Source: Deltaproteobacteria bacterium (GTDB lineage Bacteria; Myxococcota_A; UBA796; UBA2385). Taken from it: a stretch of 64,000 nucleotides of DNA. This document shows positions 35,485-44,242 of the stretch, piece after piece. Position 1 is the stretch's first letter; every line of letters begins with the position of its first letter. The notes under the pieces were generated by a model. The model saw only the letters and a list, made by a program, of their open reading frames with translations, ran no database searches and had not been told where the DNA came from. The stretch spans positions 78,424-142,423 of the forward strand of contig JAEUKK010000027.1 of assembly GCA_016792625.1 (NCBI GenBank). Direction: 5' to 3'. Made by a program: the position numbers and the translations under genes.

Positions 35485-37662
35485 ATGTCCCTGCTCGTCG
35501 GCGCGCTCACCCTCCTCAGCCTGCCCGCGGCCCGCGCCGAAGAGCCAGCGGCGCCCGCCACCGCGCCCCTGTCCGCGCCCGCGCCGACCGACGCCGCTGC
35601 CGTCGCGCGTGAGGCCCAGGCGGCGATCGCCGTCGACCCGCTGGCCTCCCCCGAGCGCCGCCGCGCGGCCGTGCGGGCCCTGCTCGCCGAGGGCGCCCCG
35701 GCTCTGCCCTACCTGCGCGCGCTGGTCACCGGCCCCGACCCGGCGATGGCCGGCGCGGTGCTCGCGGGCCTCAGCGCCCTGCCCTCCGAGGCGGCCCTGC
35801 CCCTGGCCCGCTTGGCCGCCGCCGAGGCCCTTGAGCCCGATCTGCAGCTCGACGCCGTGCGCGCGGTCGAGGCGCTTGGGCGGCCCGAGGCGGGGGCCGC
35901 GCTCTGGGCCTGGGCGGGCGCCGCCCAGCTCGCGCCGGCCGTGCGCCGCGCCGCCGACGCCGCCCTGCGCCGCAGCTACCCCGAGGTGCTCAGCCGCAAG
36001 GGGCCGCCCGCCGCCACCACCGCGCCGGTGGCCCTGCTGTTGACCGCCGGCGCGGGGGCCACGACCGTCGGCGCGACCCTGGCTGGTGTGGGCCAACTCA
36101 CTGACAATGACGTAGCCACCGTTGTTGGCGGCGTGGGCGGGGCGGGTGTGGGCGGCACGCTGGGCGCGCTCTGGGGCCGGCAGGCGAACCTCAGCGTCGA
36201 CAGCGCGCTGGCGCTGCAGACCGGCAGCGGCTGGGGGCTCGCGGTCGGCGCGCTGGTGGGCGAGGGCCTCGGCCCGACCACCTGGGACCCCGGCGCCGCA
36301 GCGCTGCGCCGCCACCAGCGCCTGACCGGGCTCAGCCGCATGGCCGGCACGCTCGGCGGCGCGGGCGTCGCGGCCCTGCGCCTCGACGCGCCGCCGACCT
36401 GGCAGCACAGCCTGGCCACCTCGGTCGCCGGCGGCTTCGGCCTCGCCGCGGGCTTCGGCCTACACGAGCTGCGCTACCCCGACTGTGTGCCCGGCGACGT
36501 CGTGAAAGACGAGCTCATCGTCTACTCACCCTGTGATGAGTTCGTGGCCTGGCGCACCCGCGGCAACCTCTGGGGGGCCGCCGGCGCGGCGGCGGGCCTG
36601 GGCGCCGCCTGGGCGCTCGAGGGGCGGTGGAGCCCAGACACCGCCGCTGACCCCATTTTGTGGGCGGTCGGCGCCGGCGCGCTGGGCCGGGTCGGCGGCG
36701 AGATCGACGGGCTCCGGTCGTCTGCGCCTGACGGCAGCCGCACCCAGCCCGCCACCCCCGTCGGTGCCGCGGTGGGCTTCGCCGCGGGCGCGCTGACCGT
36801 CGAGCTGCTCGAGCCGGCGCCCCGGCAGGCGGCGCTGGCCGGCGCGGGTTTGGGCCTGGGCATGCTGGGCGGCGAAGGTGTCGAGCGCCTCGTCGGCCTC
36901 GACGAGCGGGGCGCGGCGGCGGGCTGGCTCGGGGCCGGTCTGGGCCTGGGCGGCGCAGCGGCCGGCCTGGGCCTGAGCCAGACCAGCACCTGGAGCGCCG
37001 GGGACCGCACCCTCGTCGCTGTGGGCAGCCCGGTGGTCTGGGCGTGGTCGGGCCTCTGGCAGGCCAGCCTCAGCGCCCAGGGCCTCGACGTCGACGGTCT
37101 CGCGCTGACCAGCGGCGCGGCGCTGAACACTGGCCTGCTCGGCCTCAGCCGGGGGGTCGAGCCCGAGGCCGGCGACGTCGCGCTGCTCGGGGCGGGCGCG
37201 GCCTGGGGGGCGACCCTGGGCGTCATGGGCCCGCTGGCCTTCGGCGCCGACGGGCAGGCGGTGCTCGCGACCTCCACCGTCGCGGGCTCGCAGCTGATCG
37301 CCGCGGGTGTGGCCGCCGCGGTCTACTCCCCGCTGCAGCTCGAGGCGCGGCGCACGCTGAAGCCGCAGCTCGGCGGGCTGCTCGGCCTGACCTCGGGCGC
37401 CCTCGTCGGCGCGCTGGTCCAGCCCTCGACCCAGGCGGTCAGCGTGGGCGGCCTGCTCGGCGCCGCGGCGGGCCTGGGTGGCGGCGTGGCTTGGGAGCGG
37501 GCGCGCCCGACCCAGGAGCGGGGCACCGCGCAGGCCGCCGCGCGGGTCGGGGGTGCGCGGGGCGCGGGGCCGCAGGGCCCGCTGCCGAGCTTCGTGGCGA
37601 CGCCCACGCTGATCGGCGATCAGGTGGGCGTCTCGGTGCAGGCGGGCCTGCACGGCTGGTGA
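35485..37662 (+). CDS. Secreted/membrane hypothetical protein: HEAT-like N-terminal repeats plus a long Gly/Ala-rich hydrophobic region
   Basis: Signal peptide MSLLVGALTLLSLPAARA. PBS-lyase/HEAT-like repeats (ALPYLRALV ... AVLAGL ...). About 500 aa of GxGxG-rich, low-complexity segments. Confidence 0.5.
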   Translation: MSLLVGALTLLSLPAARAEEPAAPATAPLSAPAPTDAAAVAREAQAAIAVDPLASPERRRAAVRALLAEGAPALPYLRALVTGPDPAMAGAVLAGLSALPSEAALPLARLAAAEALEPDLQLDAVRAVEALGRPEAGAALWAWAGAAQLAPAVRRAADAALRRSYPEVLSRKGPPAATTAPVALLLTAGAGATTVGATLAGVGQLTDNDVATVVGGVGGAGVGGTLGALWGRQANLSVDSALALQTGSGWGLAVGALVGEGLGPTTWDPGAAALRRHQRLTGLSRMAGTLGGAGVAALRLDAPPTWQHSLATSVAGGFGLAAGFGLHELRYPDCVPGDVVKDELIVYSPCDEFVAWRTRGNLWGAAGAAAGLGAAWALEGRWSPDTAADPILWAVGAGALGRVGGEIDGLRSSAPDGSRTQPATPVGAAVGFAAGALTVELLEPAPRQAALAGAGLGLGMLGGEGVERLVGLDERGAAAGWLGAGLGLGGAAAGLGLSQTSTWSAGDRTLVAVGSPVVWAWSGLWQASLSAQGLDVDGLALTSGAALNTGLLGLSRGVEPEAGDVALLGAGAAWGATLGVMGPLAFGADGQAVLATSTVAGSQLIAAGVAAAVYSPLQLEARRTLKPQLGGLLGLTSGALVGALVQPSTQAVSVGGLLGAAAGLGGGVAWERARPTQERGTAQAAARVGGARGAGPQGPLPSFVATPTLIGDQVGVSVQAGLHGW

Positions 37663-37726
37663 ACCGGCGGCCCGCGCGCGGCGGCTCGGGGGCGCCCGCC
37701 GTCACCAGCGGGGCCCCCGGGGCGCC

Positions 37727-39676
37727 TCAGCGGCTGGGGATGACCGCGATGTCGGCGTCGTCGGGATCACCGCAGTCCGCGGTGTAGCCGTCGCCGTCGG
37801 TGTCGGTGCCCAGCGTCGGGCAGAAGCTCAGCACCCGACCCTCGAGGTCGTAGGGGTCGGTCGAGCGGAAGACGTCGCCGCTGGAGCCGCTGTAGATGTA
37901 GCCGAAGCGCTCCCACATCAGGCGCTGGCGGCCGGTGCCGAGGCCCAGCGCGCCGGTGTAGGGCTCGGCGGCCGACATGTCGGTCTCGCGGTCGGCGGTC
38001 GTACCCGCGCCGCAGCTCCAGCCGACCACCGCGTCGGTCGCGTAGGTGCCGCCGATGTCGTAGACCTCGTCGTGGCGGATCTCGAAGCTGCCGTCGATGA
38101 ACAGCAGGGCCGAGAAGGTGTTGGGGCTGTACAGGTCGGAGCTGTTCCAGAAGCTGGTGTTCACCCAGTAGATGCCCACCGCGTCGTCAAATTCGACCGC
38201 GTAGACCGCGCCCTGCTCTTCGGGGATCTCGGTCAGCTCGGCGGCCATGTCATCCCACAGCACGGCGATCATGGGGTTCTTCGCCGAGGTGCCCGTGGCC
38301 GAGCTCAACATGTCGTTCGACGAGGGGCTGAGGTCGTAGCTGCCCAGGCCGAAGTGCAGGCGGCCGTTGGTGTCGACCCGCACGCCGGTCTGGCTCGTGC
38401 CGCAGAAGGGGAAGGTGAGGGTGGGGAAGCTCACCGTCGTGATGCCGTCGTCGGTGTCGGTGAAGGTGACCTCGAGCGCGTCGGTGTCGGCCGCGTCGAC
38501 GAGGCCGTCGCAGTCGTTGTCGAGCGTGTCGGTGTCGGTCGACAGCTCGAGCGCGTAGGGGCGGATGGCCGCGTCGGTGTCGTCGCAGTCATCGCCGCCG
38601 TAGGCGCTCGCCGCGAAACCATCGACGTCCGCGTCGTAGTCATCGCCGCCCGCGCAGTCCTGGTCGAAGCCGTCGTACCAGAGCTCAGCGGCGCCGGGGT
38701 AGGTGGCCGCGTCGCTGTCATTGCAGTCAGTGCCGCTGTACTCATCGCTGTCGACGCCGTCGAGGTCGGCGTCGAAGTCGCTGGTGGTCGAGCAGTCCTG
38801 GTCGACGCCGTCGTACCAGATCTCGGTGGCCGCGGTGTTGATCGCGCTGTCGGTGTCGTTGCAGTCGGTGCCGCCGTAGGCGCTCGCGTCGAAGCTGTCG
38901 AGGTCGGCGTCATAGTCGCTGCCGCCGCTGCAGTCGTTGTCGGCGCCGTCGTACCAGGTCTCGGTGTTGCCCGGGTAGGCCGCCTCGTTCGTGTCGTCGC
39001 AGTCGGTGTTGTCGTCGACGTGCTCGGTGGGCTGGCTGCAGGCCACCGCGGGGGTGGCGGGGTCGCCGTAGCCGTCGCCGTCGGCGTCCCAGTACCAGGT
39101 AAACGCGTCGACGCTGTCGCTGCCGTCGATCACCGTGTCGCAGTTGTCGTCGATGCCGTTGCAGGACTCGTCGGCGTCGGGCGCGATGGCCGAGTTGGCG
39201 TCATCACAGTCACCGGCTTCGGCGGCGAGGCCGGCGGCGGCGCCGCAGGTGGTCACCGGCAGCGACTCGTCGCCGAAGCCGTCGCTGTCGGCGTCGGTGT
39301 AGTAGGTGAGCGTGCCGGTGACGCTGTCGTCCTCCATGTCGATGAGGCCGTCGCAGTCGTTGTCGATGCCGTCGCAGGCCTCGGTCGCGCTGGGGTTGAC
39401 CGCGGGGTCGCTGTCATCGCAGTCCACGTCGGCGGTGGCGCCGTCTTCGTCGGCGTCGACCGGGCCGCCGTCGGTGCCATCGGCGCCGTCTGCGCCATCG
39501 GCGGTGCCGTCGTCTGCGGTGCCGTCATCAGCGGTGCCGTCGTCTGCGGTGCCGTCATCAGCGGTGCCGTCATCGGCGGCGCCGCCGCTGTCCTTGTCGC
39601 TGGTCGGTTCGCAGCCGGTCAGCAGGCCGCCCGCGAGGGCGAGGAGGAGGGAGGGGAACAGGCGCGACATGGTCAT
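37727..39676 (-). CDS. Lipoprotein with myxobacterial MopE-like 'putative metal-binding' Cys/Asp-rich repeats
   Basis: MTMSRLFPSLLLALAGGLLTGCEP lipobox. (GTADD)x5 low-complexity linker. At least 7 repeats of ...DADGDGYG ... DCDD ... NP ... E.C(D/N)G.D(N/Q)DC(D/S)G.D. The C-terminal 280 aa form a different, unknown domain. The ORF 37727..40060 is trimmed to the ATG at 39676. Confidence 0.7.
   Translation of the reverse strand: MTMSRLFPSLLLALAGGLLTGCEPTSDKDSGGAADDGTADDGTADDGTADDGTADDGTADGADGADGTDGGPVDADEDGATADVDCDDSDPAVNPSATEACDGIDNDCDGLIDMEDDSVTGTLTYYTDADSDGFGDESLPVTTCGAAAGLAAEAGDCDDANSAIAPDADESCNGIDDNCDTVIDGSDSVDAFTWYWDADGDGYGDPATPAVACSQPTEHVDDNTDCDDTNEAAYPGNTETWYDGADNDCSGGSDYDADLDSFDASAYGGTDCNDTDSAINTAATEIWYDGVDQDCSTTSDFDADLDGVDSDEYSGTDCNDSDAATYPGAAELWYDGFDQDCAGGDDYDADVDGFAASAYGGDDCDDTDAAIRPYALELSTDTDTLDNDCDGLVDAADTDALEVTFTDTDDGITTVSFPTLTFPFCGTSQTGVRVDTNGRLHFGLGSYDLSPSSNDMLSSATGTSAKNPMIAVLWDDMAAELTEIPEEQGAVYAVEFDDAVGIYWVNTSFWNSSDLYSPNTFSALLFIDGSFEIRHDEVYDIGGTYATDAVVGWSCGAGTTADRETDMSAAEPYTGALGLGTGRQRLMWERFGYIYSGSSGDVFRSTDPYDLEGRVLSFCPTLGTDTDGDGYTADCGDPDDADIAVIPSR
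39485..39590. repeat. Tandem 15-bp repeat (gcggtgccgtc[a/g]tc[a/t]) encoding (A/T)DDGT x5-6 within the MopE-like lipoprotein gene
   Basis: Direct head-to-tail near-identical 15-nt units visible at 39490-39590. Confidence 0.6.
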
Positions 39677-39792
39677 GGAGTGCTCCGGCGGCAGTGGGGA
39701 CGCGCGGGCAACCCGCGCGAGCAGCGGCGCGATACCACGCCGATGCGCCACTGTCCTGACACCAGCCTCACATCCGGCGCCCCGGAGCCTCC

Positions 39793-41430
39793 ATGCGCGC
39801 TTCGCTCCTCCTCCTGTTGGGCCTCGGTCTCGGCTGTGCCTCGTCGACCGAGAAGGTGGAGGAGGGAGCGGACGGCGCAGGTGAAGCGGACGGCGCCACC
39901 GGTGGGGCCGACGCCGCCGATGGTGCGGCCGACGCTGGGGGTGAGGGGCAGGAAGAGGGTGCGGATGGCGCGGATGGCGCCGACGGCGCCGCCGTCGACG
40001 CGGACGGGGATGGGAGCCCCGCGCCCGCCGACTGCGACGACGACGATCCCCTGCGGTCACCCGAGCTGGTCGAGCTGCCCGACGACGGCATCGACAATGA
40101 CTGCAACCCTGCCACCTGCCCCGGGCTCGGCTTCGCTGACCGCCCCGTCGACTACGCCCTGCCTGAGGGCTACCCCGCGCTCTCGTTCATCGTGCAGCAG
40201 CGCGAGGCCCGCTGCGCCGACGGGCTGCGCGCCCACAGCCTGCGCGAGCTCGACGGCGACGGCTGGCTCGATCTGGTGGTCACCGCCAGCCCCTGCGGTG
40301 GCGAAGAGCCCGGCCTCGCCGCTTGGTGGCTGCACCGGGGTGGTCCCGATGGCTTCTCCGCCGTTGCCAGCCCCTGGGCTTTGCCCTCCGCCTTCCCCGC
40401 CGGCTCCCTCTCCGCGCCGACCGGGGTCGCTGACTGTGGGCTGGGCCGTCCGCGCTATGGTCTGCTCGATGTGAACGGCGACGGCGCCGACGATCTGGTG
40501 GCCTTCTCCGCCGCTTGCGGTGAAGGGGAGCCCGGCCTCTCCTCATGGCTGGTCGCTCCGAGCGACGGCGCGGCTGGCTTCGGCGCCGCCGCCGACTGGG
40601 CCCTGCCGGCCGACGCGCCGGCGGGTGGGCTGCGCGCGCCCTCCGCTCCCGCCGATTGTGGCGCAGGGCAGCCCGCCTACGCCTTGGTCGCGGCCCGCCG
40701 GGGCGCGGCGCCGGGGCTGATGTTCACCGGCGCGGCCTGCGGCGACGGCGCGCCCGGCGAGGGGAGCTGGACCTTCTCTGCCCCGGGCGCCGCGGGCTTC
40801 GCGGCGGGCGTGGAGTGGGCCTTGCCGGCGGGCCGTTGGGATGGGCTCACCGGCCTGCCCGACTGCGGCGCGGGCCGGCGCGGCTGGGCCACGCTCGACC
40901 TGACCGGCGATGGGCTGCTCGATCTGGTCGAGACCGAGGGCTGCGATGGCGGTGGGTGGACGCTCTTTGTCGGCGATGGTGCAGGCTTCTCCACCGAGGG
41001 GCGGCCGCTGAGCCTCCCCTCGGCCCTCGCTGGCCTGCTCCCCAGCCCCGGCGTGGCCGCCGACTGCGCGCTGGGGCGCCCGGCGGTCAGCCTGCTCAGC
41101 CTGCGCCCCGGCGCTGCGCCGGCCCTGGTGATCACCGCATCAGCCTGCGGAGACGACGCGCTGGGCACGAGCCTGTGGCGCGCCCACCTGCCGGTCGAGG
41201 GCGGCTGGGCGGAGGAGGCGGGGGAGCTGAACCTCCCGCCAGGCTTCTCGGCGGGCAGCTTCGCGGCGGTGGGCGGAGAGCGGGGCTGCGCCGCCGAGCG
41301 CCCCGGCTGGCTGCTGGCCGAGCTCACCGGGGATGGCCAGCTCGACGTCGTGATCACCGCGCTGCCCTGCCTCGAGGACGGCGTGGGCGCCGACCGCTGG
41401 CAGATCTACCCGGGGAGCTGCGCGCCCTAA
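39793..41430 (+). CDS. FG-GAP / VCBS-like repeat lipoprotein (integrin-alpha-like beta-propeller)
   Basis: Lipobox LLLLLGLGLGCASS. Acidic Gly/Ala/Asp linker. Repeated xDxxGDGxxDLV Ca-binding motifs (ELDGDGWLDLVV, LDVNGDGADDLV, DLTGDGLLDLVE, ELTGDGQLDVVI). One MopE-like DCDDDDP ... DGIDNDC unit near the N-terminus. Confidence 0.65.
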   Translation: MRASLLLLLGLGLGCASSTEKVEEGADGAGEADGATGGADAADGAADAGGEGQEEGADGADGADGAAVDADGDGSPAPADCDDDDPLRSPELVELPDDGIDNDCNPATCPGLGFADRPVDYALPEGYPALSFIVQQREARCADGLRAHSLRELDGDGWLDLVVTASPCGGEEPGLAAWWLHRGGPDGFSAVASPWALPSAFPAGSLSAPTGVADCGLGRPRYGLLDVNGDGADDLVAFSAACGEGEPGLSSWLVAPSDGAAGFGAAADWALPADAPAGGLRAPSAPADCGAGQPAYALVAARRGAAPGLMFTGAACGDGAPGEGSWTFSAPGAAGFAAGVEWALPAGRWDGLTGLPDCGAGRRGWATLDLTGDGLLDLVETEGCDGGGWTLFVGDGAGFSTEGRPLSLPSALAGLLPSPGVAADCALGRPAVSLLSLRPGAAPALVITASACGDDALGTSLWRAHLPVEGGWAEEAGELNLPPGFSAGSFAAVGGERGCAAERPGWLLAELTGDGQLDVVITALPCLEDGVGADRWQIYPGSCAP

Positions 41431-41506
41431 AATGCGCACAGACGCGTCGCTTCACCTTGGTGTCACGGACCTGCCACGCCCCGGTTAAGCTCCGGGTGGA
41501 GGTCTG

Positions 41507-44215
41507 ATGACCACGCCTGATCGTGCGCTGCGCCCCTCTCTCCTCTCCCCCACCGCCGCGCTGCTGCTCGCCGCCTGCGCGGGCGCGGGCAGCAAGCCGG
41601 GGGGCGCGCCTGACGCCGACGGGGGCGATGACGGCGAAGATGCCCTTCCTGACGTTGATCTGGTCAGCAAGCTGCCCGAGGGCGAGGCGCGCGCCGGCGT
41701 GGTCACCGACGAGCGGGCGCTCTTTGGGGGCACCGCCGCCTCGGGCCGGGTCGGCGACCTCAAGCTCTACAACCACGTCGCCCGCTTCGTGATCAGCGGC
41801 ATGCGGCCGGGCGACTACTACATCCGCCACGGCGGCGTGCTCATCGACGCCGACGCCGAGCGCCCCGAGGCTGAGGCGGGCCGCGACCTGCTCGACGAGC
41901 ACAGCCCCATGCTCGGGCTCGGCCGCATCGTCGAGGCCACCGCGGTCGAGGTGCTCGACGCGGGCGGCCCGGGCCGGGCGGCGGTGGTGCAGGTCCGCGG
42001 GGTGGGCGCGCCTTTTGAGCTGCTCACCGGGGCCACCGAGAGCCCAGACTTCGTGCCCGACATCGATGTCGAGGTGGTCACCACCTACACCCTCGAACCC
42101 GACAGCCCCCTGCTGCAGATCGAGACCACGCTCACCTGGAACGGCAGCCCCCAGCCCGTCCAGGTCGGTGATCTCGCGCTCTACGGCATCGAGGCCGGCC
42201 AGATCTTCGGCCCTGGCGTCGGTTTTGCCGAGGGCAGCGGCCGCGACCCGGGCTGGGTCGCCGTCGTCGCGCACGACGCTGACGTGGCGGTGGGCATCTT
42301 CGGCGAGGGCGAGGCCGACTTCCCCGGCTCGCCGATCGAGGCCCTGCTCGGCGACATCGGCCCGGTGCTCGCCGCTCTGCGGCCGAGCCTGACCTTGAGC
42401 ACCGGCCAGCAGCACAGCTGGCGGCGCAGCATCGGGGTGGCCCGTGACCTCGCGACGCTGACCGGGGCCTGGTTTACCGCCCGCGGCGTGGCGACCACCC
42501 CCGTCGGCGGCGTGGTCGAGGTCAGCGGCGCGCCGGTCGAGGGTGTGCGGGTGATCTTGCAGGACGATGCGGTGCGCCCGGCGACCCTGGCGCTGACCGG
42601 CCCCGATGGGCGCTGGTCGGCGCAGCTGCCGGCCACCGCGGGCTGGACGGCGCTCGGCGACGGGCGCGGCGATGGGCGCAGCGTAGACCTGCCGGCCGGC
42701 GCCCCCTGGTACCCGCCGCACGGCGCCGCCTTCACCCAGCAGCTCGCCCTCGACACGCTGCTGCTGCCGCGGGCCACCGCCTGGGCCGAGGGCCTCGGGC
42801 TCGCCGGCCCCGCGCCGGTCTCGGCCGAGACCCCGCTCAACTTCGTGGGCCCGGGCCGGTTGGTGGTCGAGCTGGGCGACGGCCGGCCGGCGGTGGTCCG
42901 GGTCGACTTCGCCGCGGGTGATCCGGTGGTGGCCGACAGCACCCGGGTCCGCCCGCGGGCCGATGGGCGGGCCGGGTGGCTCTACTTGCGCGACGGCGCG
43001 GGGGTGCTCCCCCTCGAGCCGGGCGACTACCTCGTGACCGTGCACCGGGGCCTGCGGTGGGAGGCCGAGACCCTCCCCGTCCGCGTCGAGAGCGGCGTCG
43101 ACACCCCGCTCTCGCTCAGCTTGGAACAGGCCTTTGAGACGCCCGGCCTCATCGCCATCGACCCCCACAGCCACGCCTCTCCTTCGCCCGATGGCCGGGT
43201 CGAGATGGCCGAGCGCCTGGTCACCTCGGCGGCCCACGGCGTCGATCTGCACATCGGCACCGATCATGAGCACGTCGCCGACTACCGGCCGCTGCTCGCC
43301 GCGCTCGGGCTCGACCGCTTCGGCGCCACGGTGCCTGCCACCGAGGTCAGCCCGGTGCTCAAGGGCCACACCAACGTCTGGCCGCTGGAGGTCGATCCCG
43401 CCGCCCAGGGCGGCGGCGGCCTGCGCTGGTGGGAGGTCGACATCGACACCGATACCCTCTACGCCGCCATTCACGAGGCCTATGGCGCGGGCGCCATGCT
43501 CCAGGTCAACCACCCCTCGGGCGGGGCGGGCATGTTCGGGGCGGCCGACCTGCGGCCCGATGGCAGCGCGGTCACCGCCCCCTCCCGCTGGTCGTCGAAC
43601 TTCGAGCTGGTCGAGGTGCTCAACGACGGCAGCTGGGTCGACTACAGCTCGGACTTCCTCGGCTTGGTCAACCACGGCGTGCTCGCCGTGCCGGTCGGGG
43701 TCAGCGACAGCCACGGCCACGAGAGCGGCATGGGGGCCAACCTCACCTGGCTCTACACCGGCGAAGATCACGCCGCGCTCACTGATCTCGCGGCGCTCAA
43801 GGCGGCGACCCTGGCCGGCGGCACGGTGCCCGCGCTCGGGCCCTACCTCGACCTGCGGGTGGGCGGCGCTTGGGCCGCGGGCCAGCGCTTCACCGGGCCC
43901 CAGGCCCTCGACGTGCAGGTGCGGGCGGCCCGCTGGTGCCGGGTCGACCGCGTGCAGCTGCTCCGCGACGGGGTGGTGGTCGACGAGCGGGCCGTGCTCC
44001 CCGAGGACGCCGGCGCGGGCGGCCTGCTCTGGTCGGGGCGCTTTGAGCTCGAGCCCGAAGATGACGCCAGCTACGTCATCATGGCCCACGGCAGCGCCGA
44101 TATGAGCCCGGCCTACCCGGGCAAGCGCCCCTGGGCGATGAGCGCGCCCCTGTTCATCGACCTCGACGGCGACGGCTGGTCGCCGCCTGGGGGCGCCTTC
44201 ACCGTCGGCGGCTGA
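41507..44215 (+). CDS. Large lipoprotein with a C-terminal PHP-like (polymerase/histidinol-phosphatase-type) metal-dependent phosphoesterase domain
   Basis: Lipobox LLLAACAGAG. His-rich metal-ligand motifs IAIDPHSHASPSPDG, DLHIGTDHEH, VNHPSGG, VSDSHGHESG resemble PHP / CehA-McbA metallohydrolases. Confidence 0.55.
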   Translation: MTTPDRALRPSLLSPTAALLLAACAGAGSKPGGAPDADGGDDGEDALPDVDLVSKLPEGEARAGVVTDERALFGGTAASGRVGDLKLYNHVARFVISGMRPGDYYIRHGGVLIDADAERPEAEAGRDLLDEHSPMLGLGRIVEATAVEVLDAGGPGRAAVVQVRGVGAPFELLTGATESPDFVPDIDVEVVTTYTLEPDSPLLQIETTLTWNGSPQPVQVGDLALYGIEAGQIFGPGVGFAEGSGRDPGWVAVVAHDADVAVGIFGEGEADFPGSPIEALLGDIGPVLAALRPSLTLSTGQQHSWRRSIGVARDLATLTGAWFTARGVATTPVGGVVEVSGAPVEGVRVILQDDAVRPATLALTGPDGRWSAQLPATAGWTALGDGRGDGRSVDLPAGAPWYPPHGAAFTQQLALDTLLLPRATAWAEGLGLAGPAPVSAETPLNFVGPGRLVVELGDGRPAVVRVDFAAGDPVVADSTRVRPRADGRAGWLYLRDGAGVLPLEPGDYLVTVHRGLRWEAETLPVRVESGVDTPLSLSLEQAFETPGLIAIDPHSHASPSPDGRVEMAERLVTSAAHGVDLHIGTDHEHVADYRPLLAALGLDRFGATVPATEVSPVLKGHTNVWPLEVDPAAQGGGGLRWWEVDIDTDTLYAAIHEAYGAGAMLQVNHPSGGAGMFGAADLRPDGSAVTAPSRWSSNFELVEVLNDGSWVDYSSDFLGLVNHGVLAVPVGVSDSHGHESGMGANLTWLYTGEDHAALTDLAALKAATLAGGTVPALGPYLDLRVGGAWAAGQRFTGPQALDVQVRAARWCRVDRVQLLRDGVVVDERAVLPEDAGAGGLLWSGRFELEPEDDASYVIMAHGSADMSPAYPGKRPWAMSAPLFIDLDGDGWSPPGGAFTVGG

Positions 44216-44242
44216 TCGGCGGGCGGGCCGCGGTGGCCGCGC

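Noticed and set aside
38072-40474. 800-aa plus-strand ORF, 41354..44089 minus (911 aa), 47390..50410 minus (1006 aa), 52157..53542 minus (461 aa)
   Set aside because: Each overlaps a better-supported gene on the opposite strand (MopE-like, PHP lipoprotein, duplicated-module protein, lipoprotein/Sel1 genes) and shows GC-skewed low-complexity composition.
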